A stretch of 64,000 nt of DNA, from the NCBI GenBank assembly GCA_032718475.1, contig JAUCBJ010000983.1, forward strand, positions 30,912-94,911, in the 5' to 3' direction. Each line of letters starts with the position of its first letter. The first letter of the stretch is position 1. The DNA comes from Nemertoderma westbladi (lineage: Eukaryota > Animalia > Xenacoelomorpha). A program made the position numbers and the translations under genes. This document shows positions 13,280 through 25,630 of this stretch, piece by piece. The notes beneath the pieces are model-generated. The model searched no databases and had not been told where the DNA came from. It saw only the letters and a list, made by a program, of their open reading frames with translations.

Positions 13280-14731
13280 TTAGTCTTTCTTACGCGGACG
13301 GCGTTTACGCAGTTTCTTAAAGCTAGCCAGAGTCTTTTTCTCTTTAGGGCGAGCCACTTTACAAGGAGGGCTATAACTCCTGGGTGAAGGGTGCAATATA
13401 ATTGCATCAGAGGGTGTAGGATTATGGTCGGTGTATCCGCCAGTCGAAGTGCCGGGTTGATTGACATCAACGTTGGGGGAGAGGGGTCTAACGGCTTTGA
13501 GAGCGCGTTTTAAGACAGCCGCTCTTACGGGTCCTTTACGAGTGGTCTGAACGAGAGCCGTGGGTGGACCATAGGCAGTCAGAAACTTCCTGGGTTTAAT
13601 GGTTCTTTCCAACTCGCATTCGCGGGCTCGGTATTCGTAAGGCCGTCGATATACTTCCTGTAACTCGGGGTGTGAGTTAACAAATAAGTCTCCATAGTCT
13701 GGGTCCTGACGGATATAATTGATTAAGTTATAGGAATGAAGGTCGCTAGGATTAACACTCCTAAGAAATTTGCGTACGAACTTGGTTGAAATACATTCTC
13801 CGACGCGCTTCAGTAGTTCGTAACTCGATATGCGTGATTTCTGTTCGACAGAAGCGAATAGGTAAGGATGGAACGCATAAACTCCTTCATAAGCGCGTCC
13901 AGGATAATAGCGATGGCGCGAATCACAATGTAAATCAGCGTTCGCTTCCCAAGCTCTGATGTAACGTAGTGTGATCATTTCATCTACGCTTTCCAAATCG
14001 CGATTAAAAGGGCAATCGAAACTGGCGTGTCCCTTTAGTTGACAATGGTGACATTGAGTCATAAATTGAGGGCAAACCGCAAAAATGTGCAAGTTATTGA
14101 GTCTGCAATACGTGCAATAAATTTCCATCGCCGGTTGTTTGTGGAAATAGGAACAGCGGACGACGTTTGTGTCCATGGGCGTAACATGGTCTCTCGATGC
14201 GCATAACCGACAACGTTGCCGAGAAACATAGTTGGCATGGCGATAATTGTACGCAGTGAGACACTGTGGACCTTGATACCATTCTAGGATGTAATCGTTG
14301 TCGCTGTTCCGGGCGCGATAGGCTGAATCTCCTCAGATTCTAGGCATATTGGTTCGTCTTCCCAGTCTGTTACGAATAGAATTTTCGTGATCTATTCTCG
14401 GTTTATCGTTACGACTCCGCTGGGTATGATATTTAAATAGAACCATTTCCCTTTTGGTGTCTACATCGTCCGTATCATGTAAATCGATAGGATGGCCGGT
14501 AGTTAGGAAGTCCATATACGTACTATTACGATGCGTATAGCGAGCGGTGAATTTTCGCTAGTCCAATTCACGCGTAAGTTGCTCTTGGGACATCGGCGGT
14601 TCGATATAACGACCATCGTCCTCCGTAATGGTTGGATCAGTTTCACCGCGTATCAAGCTATCCACAAATGCTTGTAAAGGTAGAGTATATCGCTCCCTGA
14701 TACCAAGATCATCTTCTATCAACTCCGTCAT
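13280..14731 (-). pseudogene. Accessory Zn-knuckle ORF of element A (about 483 codons, two in-frame stops; open 3' part 13280-14176)
   Basis: One frame from ATG 14731, through TAG (14558-14560) and TGA (14333-14335), into the 298-aa ORF. Motifs CRLCASRDH...C, CTYCRLNNLHIFAVC, CHHCQLKGHASFDC and a basic C-terminus KKLRKRRPRKK. Confidence 0.7.
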
Positions 14732-16360
14732 ATCTGCTATCTGAGTTTATTAATATCGAAATGAGTTTATGTTTAGGCGAGCGGACGTCGCTGCCTACCT
14801 CTCTTTGCCCCCGGACAGTGGGATTCTCAGCGCCGATGTACCGTCGTCGCGGTGTTTACGCCAACATGTAGCAACATCACGACAACGATAACCGGCACAA
14901 GTCACTCCACTGTCCGTCCCAAAGGCTTGAATCCACTTTAGGTTCTTTCTATAGGAGAGTTGGGCTACTTTCACAATTGCGACTAGCTACTGTAAACACA
15001 CCTTAGCAGTAACATTCACCTACAAACGCACAAATTCCACACAACTGTCACCAATTGCACACATACAGGCCATTTGTCCGTTAGTCAGTGCCTTCCAGAA
15101 TGTCACGTTATTACTGTGTATCCTTGGATACTAACAGTGTGCTATGTATTCTCTATGCTATGCAATGTGACAAGCTTTCTATTGTTCTTTTAACTTGCTT
15201 CTAATTCTAGCGTGGGTGTTGCTATGGTGACATTATGGAAAGCTAGCGGTAGAATTAGGGTAATTCTCATGCATACAGATCTGGAATGCTATTTAATAGT
15301 AATTCTTTAATTGTCAATATCCTCTTTATACATGATTTTATTAATTTTATTGGCTATTGACTATATGTCGGAGATTCTCGCACTCTAATACACTCAATAG
15401 GATGAATCTCCGCTCCCATGATCTATTAATTAATGGAATTTTGGGAATGTTATAAATTGCACAAAACGACAATTATTTATGAAATTCATTTATAGTATGA
15501 ATTTAAATTTATTCCCGTGAATTTTATTATTTGATGTTAAAATTGACACAATTTGATTCCAGAGCAGGTCTGGGGACATAGGATCCTTAATTCTATGAAA
15601 ATTGTCTTTTAAGAGTATCGGTAAGTGCTGCGATATCTTAATTGACTAGAAATTTAAAGGATCTGAATTTTACAGATTTTAATAAATATTAAATTAATAT
15701 TTAAGATGGGCACCGATTTATTCCAGAACTTGTCTGGGGACGTTAACCACTGATTCTAGAATTTGTCTTTCAAGTATATCGGTGGGTGCCGCGATATCTT
15801 AATCGACTAGAATTACAGATGGTCAAAAGGTTTAACAGATTTATTTGCGTTTTACGCTACTGTTATAGGGACATCACGCTACTATATGTATTATTATATA
15901 TGGTATGAGAGCAATATCGCACGAAGCAATGTCAGTGTGAAGAGGCAAGTCGTTTCCAAGGTCTACCCAGGGCTTGGTTTAGCCGAGACACGAGGATCTG
16001 AACTTTGCATTCCTAATACTCTGCCTACCAATAATACTTAAGTATAGTAGGAGCTTTATTGTACTTTAATAAGTACGGACATTTCATCTTACTGTAGTCA
16101 CGTATTTATAATATGATACGGACAGTAAGGAAAGAGAAAAAATAATTATTTCTCGCCGTCGCACTAAATATATTATAAGTAATTACGTACGTAATAAACA
16201 CTAATATGTTGCACTAATCTACTAAATAATCACTAAAATAACATTCTACTAAATAAAATTAAAGAAAACGATTATAATAAAATTACATAATAATACATAC
16301 ATAAATATAAAATAAAAACAAATATAAAATGATATAGTCACACGCCCACTCCATATGCTA

Positions 16361-19300
16361 TCACGTTATGGAGTCCCTAGATATTTGTCGGATTAGGGAA
16401 GTGGTCGTAGGAAGAGTATCTTGCCTTCCATAGTTTCCGGACAGTTTTCGGTCTCTTTCCAGTAAACATAAACGACTAGCTGGGCGATTGAGTTGTTGTG
16501 TTACTTTCTCCGCTCCCTTGGCCTGTCTAATCTCCGCCGTGGTAAGATGAGGAGGCCATTCTTCTTCTTCTTTACTTAAGGAGTCGGATCCACCTAACCA
16601 GCCTGGAGTATCTATCAGTTCTTGAGGAGTTGCTCCTCTGGAAGCGATGTCGGCTGGATTAATCGTCCCAAGGCAATGTCTCCATTGATCTACATTGGAG
16701 TTAATATCGTCATTATCTGAGGAGTATGGTGTTCCCTCAGTTGGATCGTCCACATCACTGCTCTCCACTTCCCATTCCTTTACTTGGTATACCTGTTGTT
16801 GAGGTAATCTCTCTTTGAGAGTTCTACGGGAAGGGCCAGTGAAGTACCAACCTACTCTAGTTCTTACCGCATAGGTTTGTAGTGGCTGCGGTTGAGCAGG
16901 CCGTTTCTCCAATGTCTCGAGCGCCTCATGCGCGTTTTGGCCGATGAGTATTTGCACTCCAGGATAATCTGTCTGGAATCGAGGTATCTTAAGATGTTGG
17001 ATGCTCTCATCCTCGTCCCAATTATAAAGGTCTGCTTGGGTAGTAGCGAAGTTCTTTATAGCCACCATTTTTACCGACCTTATACCTTGTGCTCCTAATT
17101 TATCCTGGGGGGTGGACAACACACCTACATAGTAATCTGCCGTTAGGGTAGATTTCCAAACCTGCATAATTCCTGACATATTCAATTTAGTCCGGAATTT
17201 GGGTTGTCCAGCAAAGATATCTTCGGCTAGTTCTTGATCGATGAATGTTCCTGTGCTGCCGGAGTCAAGGAGGGCGTTCACTATGTAACTTTTGTTAGGA
17301 CCGTGAACTCTTACCTGCACTACAGGAAATTCTCTGATTCCTACGTTGGAAGTGGGAGCTTTCCAAGATGGTTGTCTGTCAAAGGTAGTTGGGGGGAACT
17401 CATTGTCGGTGTCCTTTTCATGCGTAAGTGCTCGATACACTGCGGTATTTATTAAGTAACAGGATTCGTTGGCGTCGGAGAATTCGTCCGTATAGAATCC
17501 TTCCATCTCAGATTCTTGATCAGTGTCATTTACATCACTGAATTGGACATGTAGTTCGGGCTCACTTACCTGACTCGGGTTGTCTCGTTCGAACTCACTG
17601 TGTAACAAGATGTGATGTTTCGCGCCACACTTTGCACACTTTACGTCGGAGTAACAGGTTCGCCGTTGGTGTCCTGATCTGAGGCAATTATAGCATAACC
17701 GCTTATTCCACAGGACTGTACGTCTGTCTACAAGGGATTTCTTTAGAAATTCAGCACACGCACTCAAACGGTGGGGCCCGTCGCACAGCGCACATTTTGG
17801 TTTGATGTTACTCTCCTTACCTTGGGTAGCGTTATGCACTCTCGTTCTTTCTTCGGGCTTTCTTCCGTGAATTCTCTTAGGAGACGTAGGAGGAGTTGTT
17901 GTTATCTGTTCTCTCCTGTCACTGGTTCGAGACTTGTATTTACTTACGTCTTTATAGGTCTTGTTGTCATAGTAAGATTTTGCTGTGTCTTTCCCGCTGT
18001 CCTCTTCTTGAGAAGCTTGGCTTTCGCCGTCGTCAGTGTAACACACTGGTATTATCCTTGTCCTAGAAACGGGTTTCTCACTTACCTTATTTTCCGATGT
18101 TTTCTCTCTGGACTGCTTTATGAGTTGTAATTTTACTTCACTATCTAAGAAGGACATGAGATCAGCCATGGTAGGGCTTCGTCGTTGTTGTTCATTCATG
18201 TACAACACTTTCTTGTCCAAGCGTGTACATACTCCACCCTTTGGTAAAGTAGAGACTACGGCTCCAATAACCATGGAACTCTGATATTCATGAGACTTAC
18301 CTAACCAGTCCAATTGTCTACAGATCTCCTGAATCTCATCGGAAAACTCTATAATCCCGCTACTAAGGAAGTTTCGGGGGGCTACTAATTTTGCATACAA
18401 ATACTTAGCTATGTTATCCTTGTTACCATACCTGATGTTTAATGTATCCCAAACTTGTCTTAATCCTTCTGGATGTCCAATAAACTTTAACGCCATCAAC
18501 TTGGGAGGTCCTTCCAAACACTTGATGAGGAACCTAAGTTTCTCTCCGTTAGATAGTACAGAGTTCTGTATGCTGTCTTTGTAATATTCATTGAAAGGTA
18601 ACCATTTCATCTCATCCCCATTGAATTTGACGATCTCTCCCACTTTGACCGCTTGGCGGGCTTCTGTTCTAGCCATCTGACGCGTAAAGCTTTCTTGGGA
18701 CATCGTGTTATTTAATATCGAATTATCGGTATATAAATTTCTCGGATCATTATCAGGTCTATAGGTAATATCATTAACAACAGGTTTATAATCACCCTTA
18801 GTAGGGTTTGCTATAGGAGTTTCTACTTCATTAGCAGTATAGATGCGTGTAGGCTCCACACCTTGCGCATGTAATACTTCAGACCTAACAGGTTGACACG
18901 ATGTTACAGGGGGTATTGGTATACCCTTTTGTATATTGACTAATTTGTCGCGTTCCAGCGCGATACTTTGCTGCACTTCTTGCAATTCTGCCCTACCTTC
19001 CCTTACTGTTCCCTTAAGTTGGTAGACAGTCCCCTGCATCTGTCCGAGCAGGAGATTCATCCCCCGCCGTCCCTCCTCTACCCACTCGACCGCCGAAGCG
19101 GGAGTCGCCAACATTGTAGCGGGCTGACGTGGGACGACGGGAGACAAATCTTTGATTTCTCTCTCAGCTTCCAGGACAGGGATATTCTCATGGACTGTTC
19201 TACCGGGTACAGGCAGTGTAGTACTGTGTAGAGGGAATTTAGAGTTAAGCTCTGGAAGTACAGGGGTCTCTAGCACAGAAGTGGCTTTGGGAACGACAGG

Positions 19301-20434
19301 CCTAATTATTTCAGGCTCATCAACTATGGTAGGGAGTCCTTTGACCTGAATAATTTGTTCTGTGGGTTCTGTACTACCTAAGTCTGTGCTAGCTAGTTGT
19401 CTTCTAACCGCTGGGGGCAAATCAGGCAATTTGTGACGGTGAGATGTTTTTCTACGCCTGCTTAGACGAGATCTATTTCCTCCGCCTTCAGGATCGGTGG
19501 TCTCGCCTTCCTCCGATGATGTGTATCCTTGGCGCTTGGGAGTAGATCGACTCCTCATCTGCATTTGACTAGCAGTTAACTGTTTATTTATGCAGTCTTG
19601 CGTCTCTTGAAGATTTTCCAACTCCAGTTGTGTGGTCTCCTCAGACGCTCTCCGTTCTGCTTCTGCCACCTTTGCTTTTCTTTTTGCTTCTGCTTCTGCC
19701 GCCGTTACTGCTGCTGCCTTTCGGTTCTCTATCTGTTTTTTCTTTATTTGTTCTTCTTGGACTCTAACGAGGCGGAGCTTTTCATCAAATTTAGCTTTGT
19801 TTGCAGCCAACATTTCCGCATCGATTGCGTCCAACACAAGCTTGGTTCCTTCACTATTAGGGCAAAGTCCAGACAGTCGTCTCCTCAACTCTTCGTCTCC
19901 TAGGAATCGCTGATAGTCTGACAGATAGATGTCAATGGCGTCTCTAGTTCGCGGCTTCTCTGCTGCTGTTAATTCACTTTCCACTTCGCTTTCCACTTCG
20001 CTTTCCACTTCGCTTTCCACTTGAGAAGAAGTGGCGTCGGTTGATTCTTCATAGGTTGGCCGCTCATCATAAACCGTATCCGCCATCTTCGCTCCGCGTT
20101 CGGGCGTACGCTCAACAGTATCCGAACTACTGGAGCTATCGGGCCGCTGAGAACTAGGTTCTTGGCTAGGAGGTTGCTGCTGTTTTATAGCTTCTTCTTG
20201 ATCCCGCTTGACTTGGTCCCGAGTAACTATGGCAGACCAACGGCGCTTCACTAACTTCGCAAATTGCGAAATCTTTTCTACCAACCTAGGTTCTGACACA
20301 ACCACTGCAGGGGTTGCCCTTCTTACAGTATGAGGGGTTTCAGACCTCGGTCTGGGATTCTCTACACTTTGATCTGAGAAACGGGCTGTTGTTTCTAGGA
20401 GACTATCTGACAGAGTTTGCCTTGTGTCAGCCAT
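16361..20434 (-). CDS. BEL/Pao Gag-aspartic protease polyprotein (1357 aa) with vestigial RNase H and integrase tips
   Basis: Coiled-coil N-terminus; BEL gag core (KFNGDEMKWLPF...EKLRFLIKCLEGPP); three Cys-His motifs (CALCDGPH, CYNCLRSGH, CAKCGAKHHILLH); protease ALLDSGS; then QWRHCLGTINPADIASRG (RNase H end) and LNRPASRLCLLE (integrase C-terminus). No RT YVDD motif. Confidence 0.9.
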   Translation of the reverse strand: MADTRQTLSDSLLETTARFSDQSVENPRPRSETPHTVRRATPAVVVSEPRLVEKISQFAKLVKRRWSAIVTRDQVKRDQEEAIKQQQPPSQEPSSQRPDSSSSSDTVERTPERGAKMADTVYDERPTYEESTDATSSQVESEVESEVESEVESELTAAEKPRTRDAIDIYLSDYQRFLGDEELRRRLSGLCPNSEGTKLVLDAIDAEMLAANKAKFDEKLRLVRVQEEQIKKKQIENRKAAAVTAAEAEAKRKAKVAEAERRASEETTQLELENLQETQDCINKQLTASQMQMRSRSTPKRQGYTSSEEGETTDPEGGGNRSRLSRRRKTSHRHKLPDLPPAVRRQLASTDLGSTEPTEQIIQVKGLPTIVDEPEIIRPVVPKATSVLETPVLPELNSKFPLHSTTLPVPGRTVHENIPVLEAEREIKDLSPVVPRQPATMLATPASAVEWVEEGRRGMNLLLGQMQGTVYQLKGTVREGRAELQEVQQSIALERDKLVNIQKGIPIPPVTSCQPVRSEVLHAQGVEPTRIYTANEVETPIANPTKGDYKPVVNDITYRPDNDPRNLYTDNSILNNTMSQESFTRQMARTEARQAVKVGEIVKFNGDEMKWLPFNEYYKDSIQNSVLSNGEKLRFLIKCLEGPPKLMALKFIGHPEGLRQVWDTLNIRYGNKDNIAKYLYAKLVAPRNFLSSGIIEFSDEIQEICRQLDWLGKSHEYQSSMVIGAVVSTLPKGGVCTRLDKKVLYMNEQQRRSPTMADLMSFLDSEVKLQLIKQSREKTSENKVSEKPVSRTRIIPVCYTDDGESQASQEEDSGKDTAKSYYDNKTYKDVSKYKSRTSDRREQITTTPPTSPKRIHGRKPEERTRVHNATQGKESNIKPKCALCDGPHRLSACAEFLKKSLVDRRTVLWNKRLCYNCLRSGHQRRTCYSDVKCAKCGAKHHILLHSEFERDNPSQVSEPELHVQFSDVNDTDQESEMEGFYTDEFSDANESCYLINTAVYRALTHEKDTDNEFPPTTFDRQPSWKAPTSNVGIREFPVVQVRVHGPNKSYIVNALLDSGSTGTFIDQELAEDIFAGQPKFRTKLNMSGIMQVWKSTLTADYYVGVLSTPQDKLGAQGIRSVKMVAIKNFATTQADLYNWDEDESIQHLKIPRFQTDYPGVQILIGQNAHEALETLEKRPAQPQPLQTYAVRTRVGWYFTGPSRRTLKERLPQQQVYQVKEWEVESSDVDDPTEGTPYSSDNDDINSNVDQWRHCLGTINPADIASRGATPQELIDTPGWLGGSDSLSKEEEEWPPHLTTAEIRQAKGAEKVTQQLNRPASRLCLLERDRKLSGNYGRQDTLPTTTSLIRQISRDSIT

Positions 20435-21794
20435 GTTTGATTGTACAGTTGAATGCCTACTGCTATATTACAGTTAAAGCAAGTCTAGTAATTCAGTATC
20501 ACTGTTAGCCTAGTAATTAATTACCGATACTGCTACTCAGTGTAGCGTGATATATATATAATATATTAGAATACCGGTATGCTTATATTATATATATAAG
20601 TATTATTACAGACTAGATTTGTCCAGAGTACCGGTATATAATTTTAGCACAAATATATATAAATATATAATAGGCCTATCGTGAATACCGGTATACAGCT
20701 GACACTTATAGTATATATAAGTATAATTATTACAGACTAGAATTAATTACAGAATACCGGTATGATTTCAGCTCAAATTTATAGAAATAAATATAATAAG
20801 CCTATGGTAAATACCGGTATGTCAATTATTTTAGAATAATTGAATTTCTGAATATTTTAGGGTTACTTGGTTACTTTAACTTACTTTGTTATCGTTATTT
20901 AAGCAGTAGTCCAACTGATATTGAGACCTAAGTGTTGTATAACAGGCCTACTATTTTATTAATAGATTTAGTGGATTTATATGTACCCTTATGAGGGGTT
21001 TTGTTACAATATTGAAATAGATGTTATTATTTCTGGGGGGTCACTACACAGAAGCTGTGCGCTCTCAGTGAAGTGCTATTTATTGGACACTAAAACAGAT
21101 AATTCTAATTTACCTAAGTTACTTAATACTACAAATTACTTACGATACGGGTGAGATTAAATCTCTTAATTAAACACAACAAAAATATTACGTACGAAAT
21201 TTTTAGGGTAATTTTACAGGAAGTCTACAAACCAGCCTAACAAAGGGTTAGAATTCTGGTTATTACAACGGACAGGGTACTACGGTATTTGAAAATAATA
21301 AATAGTAGTAAATATATTGCGCTGTCCAGATAGGAAAAATACCACCGCCTGACGACCTATAGCCGTATCGCTATAGGTACTACGTTATGTATCACGGAGT
21401 GTTCCTACCTGGAAGTTAATTACCGCGGACTACCAGATCCAACGTGCCTATTAACCACTTTACAACACAAATATACTGCCTACACACTAATTACTTCGGA
21501 AAGCACTGTACACTAAACCCTAAATTAGGTACAAGTACTGGTACAACAAATAATCAGTAGTTAAATATACTTGAACAGTTAAAAGAACCACGGCATCTGC
21601 TGGAGTGACCGAAGCACAAAGTCACCAGTCTTTTCCTACGCCAAGCAGCCCGTGTAGTACCGGGGTTAATTTAACTATAACGGTATGTGTAACAAACACA
21701 ATTACTGTAGGAATAAACTTGGGGACATGAATGTTGCGAATAATCGCATAAACTCTGAATAATAAATATTACGCTACCCGTACAGAATACTCAA

Positions 21795-22290
21795 ACAAAA
21801 TACAAACCAAACGCTGGCAGACCACCACCAAGCCTAAATAAACTACCGTATGTGCAGATTCCGAAATGGTTAGTTAGTATGCGTTCTAACACGGTAGTAC
21901 GACTTATTCTTTAAGAGGGGATTGACCTTACAGCTATGGCTGCCCCAACTTACTAACTGGCACTTTATCAGACAAACTCTACACACGCAGCAATCTCTTC
22001 AGACCTAATAATAGCTAGACAACAATCCAGCCTACAAAATATCTGAGTAATAACTATTACGGTACCTGAACAGACCACACAAACAAACACAGGCCAAAAC
22101 GTTGGCAGAATACTGTCAAGCCTAAATAAACTACAGTATGTGCAGATTCCAAAATGGTTAGTTAGTATGCGTTCTAACACGGTAGTACGACTTATTCTTT
22201 AAGAGGGGATTGACCTTACAGCTATGGCTGCCCCAACTTACTAACTGGCACTCTATCGGACAAACTCTACACACGCCGCAATCTCTCCAA
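21795..22290. repeat. About 200-bp direct duplication in the 5' leader of element A
   Basis: 21810-21995 is repeated at 22097-22287 (CAAGCCTAAATAAACTAC...GGGATTGACCTTACAGCTATGGCTGCCCC...ACAAACTCTACACACG). Confidence 0.85.
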
Positions 22291-22621
22291 ACCCAACAAC
22301 AATCCGACAACAGTCCGGCCTACAGTTATCTGAACAATCTGAGCAGACTTACACGTCTTCAGCTCAATATTAACTTACTAGGAAATAAAACTGACAGAAA
22401 TAGACCTAAGTAAAATCCCAATAAAAACCAGGCGTCCCCGATTTAATATCGAGACCTACCGGTATACAATAATCAAAATCGAATAATACTAATGTACTTA
22501 TACTGGAAGTACCGGTTAGGACAGTTGGGCCTACGGACCTACAGAAGTACCGGTTCAGGTTTACCGGTCGACCGGTACTTTCAACTTTATTGCTTACTGC
22601 AATAAAGACAATAACTGTTAT

Positions 22622-23847
22622 TGTACGCGCTTTTGAAGACCTTTAGCAGTTTAACCTGCCAAAATTTATATGTCTTTTGGTTTATAAATAGACTTTAGAA
22701 GTTGACAAATATTTAATACCAATAAACACAACATTAGCAGAAGCCAGCCTAGTGCGCGTCCATTCACCCGCTGGATATACCCGGGAGACTGGATTCTGAG
22801 GGCTTAGATTATTATTGCAGTGTAAGCTTACTGTATTATTCGATTGATCGTTAATAAATAATTTCTGACTAATATTATTCACTTTCGGGAAATATTAACA
22901 GTTCCTTTAGGACGTGGCGCTCTATCTAGGTAAACAGAGATATGACTTATACTAATCACAACGGTAAGTCGGTAAGGCTTATGATTCACGTATGAGGCGC
23001 ATTCTTTAGGAAATGCTTAGTTATCAGCCACAATCATGCACACTACCGGTAACACACAATACTGCTCACTAATTTGCCGACTGTCAATGAATTTTATCAT
23101 ATATAAAGAGAACAGCAACTGACTCATGTAGTGCTTATCAAATAGCATTAAATTCACTACAAACCACAATAATATAAGTCGCAATCGCTATATATAACCC
23201 GTCTCTCTAACCTGTAGTGTATCAAGAAAATTGGGAAATTTGGGTTCTTTATAGATGTTCTCCAAATAATATTCAACCAACTGATACAAAATATGACAAC
23301 AGTAAAAAGCATTAAGACGGTATGTTAAGTTATGATATGAACTGATAACAGTTATACGCTCTATAATCTTAAGCCTACTAATGTTTCTTCTAAAGTCTGA
23401 AACGAATTGACTCTAGAGCCGGTGTTCCTGGCCTAGATAGAAACAACACAACAGTATCAAGAAAACAGTAAGACTGAACACTACTAGCACGATCTGCTAA
23501 ATATCTCCACATCGACAGAAAAAATCGCTCTGATTGGCTTAAGCTAAACAAATGTGTCCAATGGCCGTTTCCATGTCAGCAACCAGCTGTTAGATGTCGT
23601 AATCTGAATCATCAAGGCTAAGCTGTGCCAGGGTATTTGGTGCATTGCGGGTTTTTTGCCTTACCATGTCCGCCAAAGCACACATATAGAAGAATGACGT
23701 TTATGTCCGTTAAAACACCTATAACGGTACCTTGCGGGCGAGGGGGATATATATATAGTTAGAGAGCTTTTTAGAGTATTCCAGCGCCTGGGGGGAAACT
23801 GGATTGCAAAGCAAAAGGGCCAGTTATATCTCACAGAAGCTTTTACA
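22622..23847 (-). repeat. 5' LTR of element A (1226 bp)
   Basis: Direct repeat of 11971-13201 with TG...CA ends. Confidence 0.95.
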
Positions 23848-24249
23848 AAAAGTCTAATGTTAGGTTCCATGGTACCGGTTTCTCTACTGCTGTTCTCTCA
23901 GGCTATCAGTACCGGTTAGTATATATATAGCACTATTTGTATTGTATGTACAGATGTAGGTATAAAGCAGGTATTTCTGTATTTTAGTACCGGTACCGGC
24001 ACTGGTACTGCTATAGGCCTACTGTGTAGCCTACCATTTAAATACGGTAATGGTAGGCCTACCGGTTGTGCTACTAAATTTTAAATAATTGATAGGCGAA
24101 ACTGGATTGCAGGATTGTGGAAAATGTGGATATACCTTTCACATAATTTAGGCCTTACTGTATTAGTTTTATAATCAATAATGGATCATGACTACTGTCT
24201 GAGTAGTGTTACGGATAGCGGCACCACTACTTCCAACAGCACAGAAGGC

Positions 24250-24760
24250 CCGCCTCTGTAACCTGCCCCTTTCCCTCAATTAGTTAAATGATCGTTTATT
24301 GTTTTGGTTAGAAAATCCCGTCTCTGTAACCTGCTCCTTTCCCTCAATTAGTTAAATGATCGTTTATTGTTTTGGTTAGATAATCCCGCCTCTGTAACCT
24401 GCTCCTTTCCCTCAATTGGTAATGTTATCGTTTATTGTTTTGGTTAGAAAATCGCGCCTCTGTAACCTGCTCCTTTCTCTCAATTGGTAATGTTATCGTT
24501 TATTGTTTTGGTTAGAAAATCCCGTCTCTGTAACCTGCTCCTTTCCCTCAATTAGTTAAATGATCGTTTATTGTTTTGGTTAGAAAATCCCGTCTCTGTA
24601 ACCTGCTCCTTTCCCTCAATTAGTTAAATGATCGTTTATTGTTTTGGTTAGAAAATCCCGTCTCTGTAACCTGCTCCTTTCCCTGATTTGGTTAAGTGAC
24701 TGTTTATTGTTTTGGTTAGAAAACTCGGCCTTAACCTGCTCCTTTCCATCAATTGGTAAT
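24250..24760. repeat. 68-bp minisatellite, about 7 copies
   Basis: Unit CTGTAACCTGCTCCTTTCCCTCAATTAGTTAAATGATCGTTTATTGTTTTGGTTAGAAAATCCCGTCT. A related single monomer occurs at about 57389-57450. Confidence 0.92.
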
Positions 24761-25630
24761 TGTTTTTTGCTATAAAATGAGTGTTTTGCTACGTCATGTG
24801 GTAATCGATTATCGACAACAACCACAAACTATTAAATATAGAGTCTTTTTACCACAGGCGCATATGGAAATCTATCTCATAGTCTATAAATCATGGAATC
24901 ATGGAATGTTTTGGCACAGGCATAGTGAAATCAACTGTCTGACAGTCCAGAAATCAGCAGTCTGACAGTTTGAAGAAATACATACATAAAAATTGACAAT
25001 AAAAGTCATTAAATGGACAACAAAAGTCATTATGCATAATTCGTAAAAAAAAAAAGTGACAAAAAAAGTCAAATAAATTGACATAAAAAATCACTGCCTT
25101 TATTTAGTTGGTTATTGGAGATTGGTATTGGAGATATTATAAGTTCATTAGAATCGTGATTAGAATAGCATAGGGTAGTATCATCTGCGAATAGTGTGGA
25201 CATAGGGTTGTAGCATTAGGTATAACCTATATAAATTTAATAATGACGTTACAGAAAGTACGATCTTTTATTGGTTACAAAGTACAAAATACCCCAGGGA
25301 TACTTTCTTTAGAACTAACTTTCTTGGCTACTCAGCCTGTTATGAGGGGACCTTTAGTTCATTGGCCTCTTTTGTTGTAAAGGTCGCCTTTATCACTAAC
25401 TATAGCAATAGCATATTGTCCACCAGAAAGAGGGACGTTTCTGCATACATAACGAGATGGGGTGGGCTATTAAGTCAAACCTTTGGACACCAGACTTCCA
25501 TTTATTTGATGGCGGGTTCATGGTAAATTCGCACAATTATCTGCTAATTCAAAAGTTATTATTAACTGTGGTGGAATTAATTATCGTTATAACATATTAA
25601 TTTTATTTAATATAATATTGTACGTTGACA

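Larger units (their letters stand above)
11971..23847 (-). mobile_element. BEL/Pao LTR retrotransposon A, Pol-deleted non-autonomous derivative
   Basis: Direct repeats 11971-13201 and 22622-23847 with TG...CA ends. Flanks AACAG/AAAAG look like a 5-bp TSD with 1 mismatch. PPT-like GGGAGCGG abuts the 3' LTR. Internal BEL-type gag-protease ORF. Confidence 0.93.

Noticed and set aside
16892-19913. Several plus-strand ORFs within element A (and 43893-48393 within element B)
   Set aside because: Antisense shadows of the long gag ORFs.
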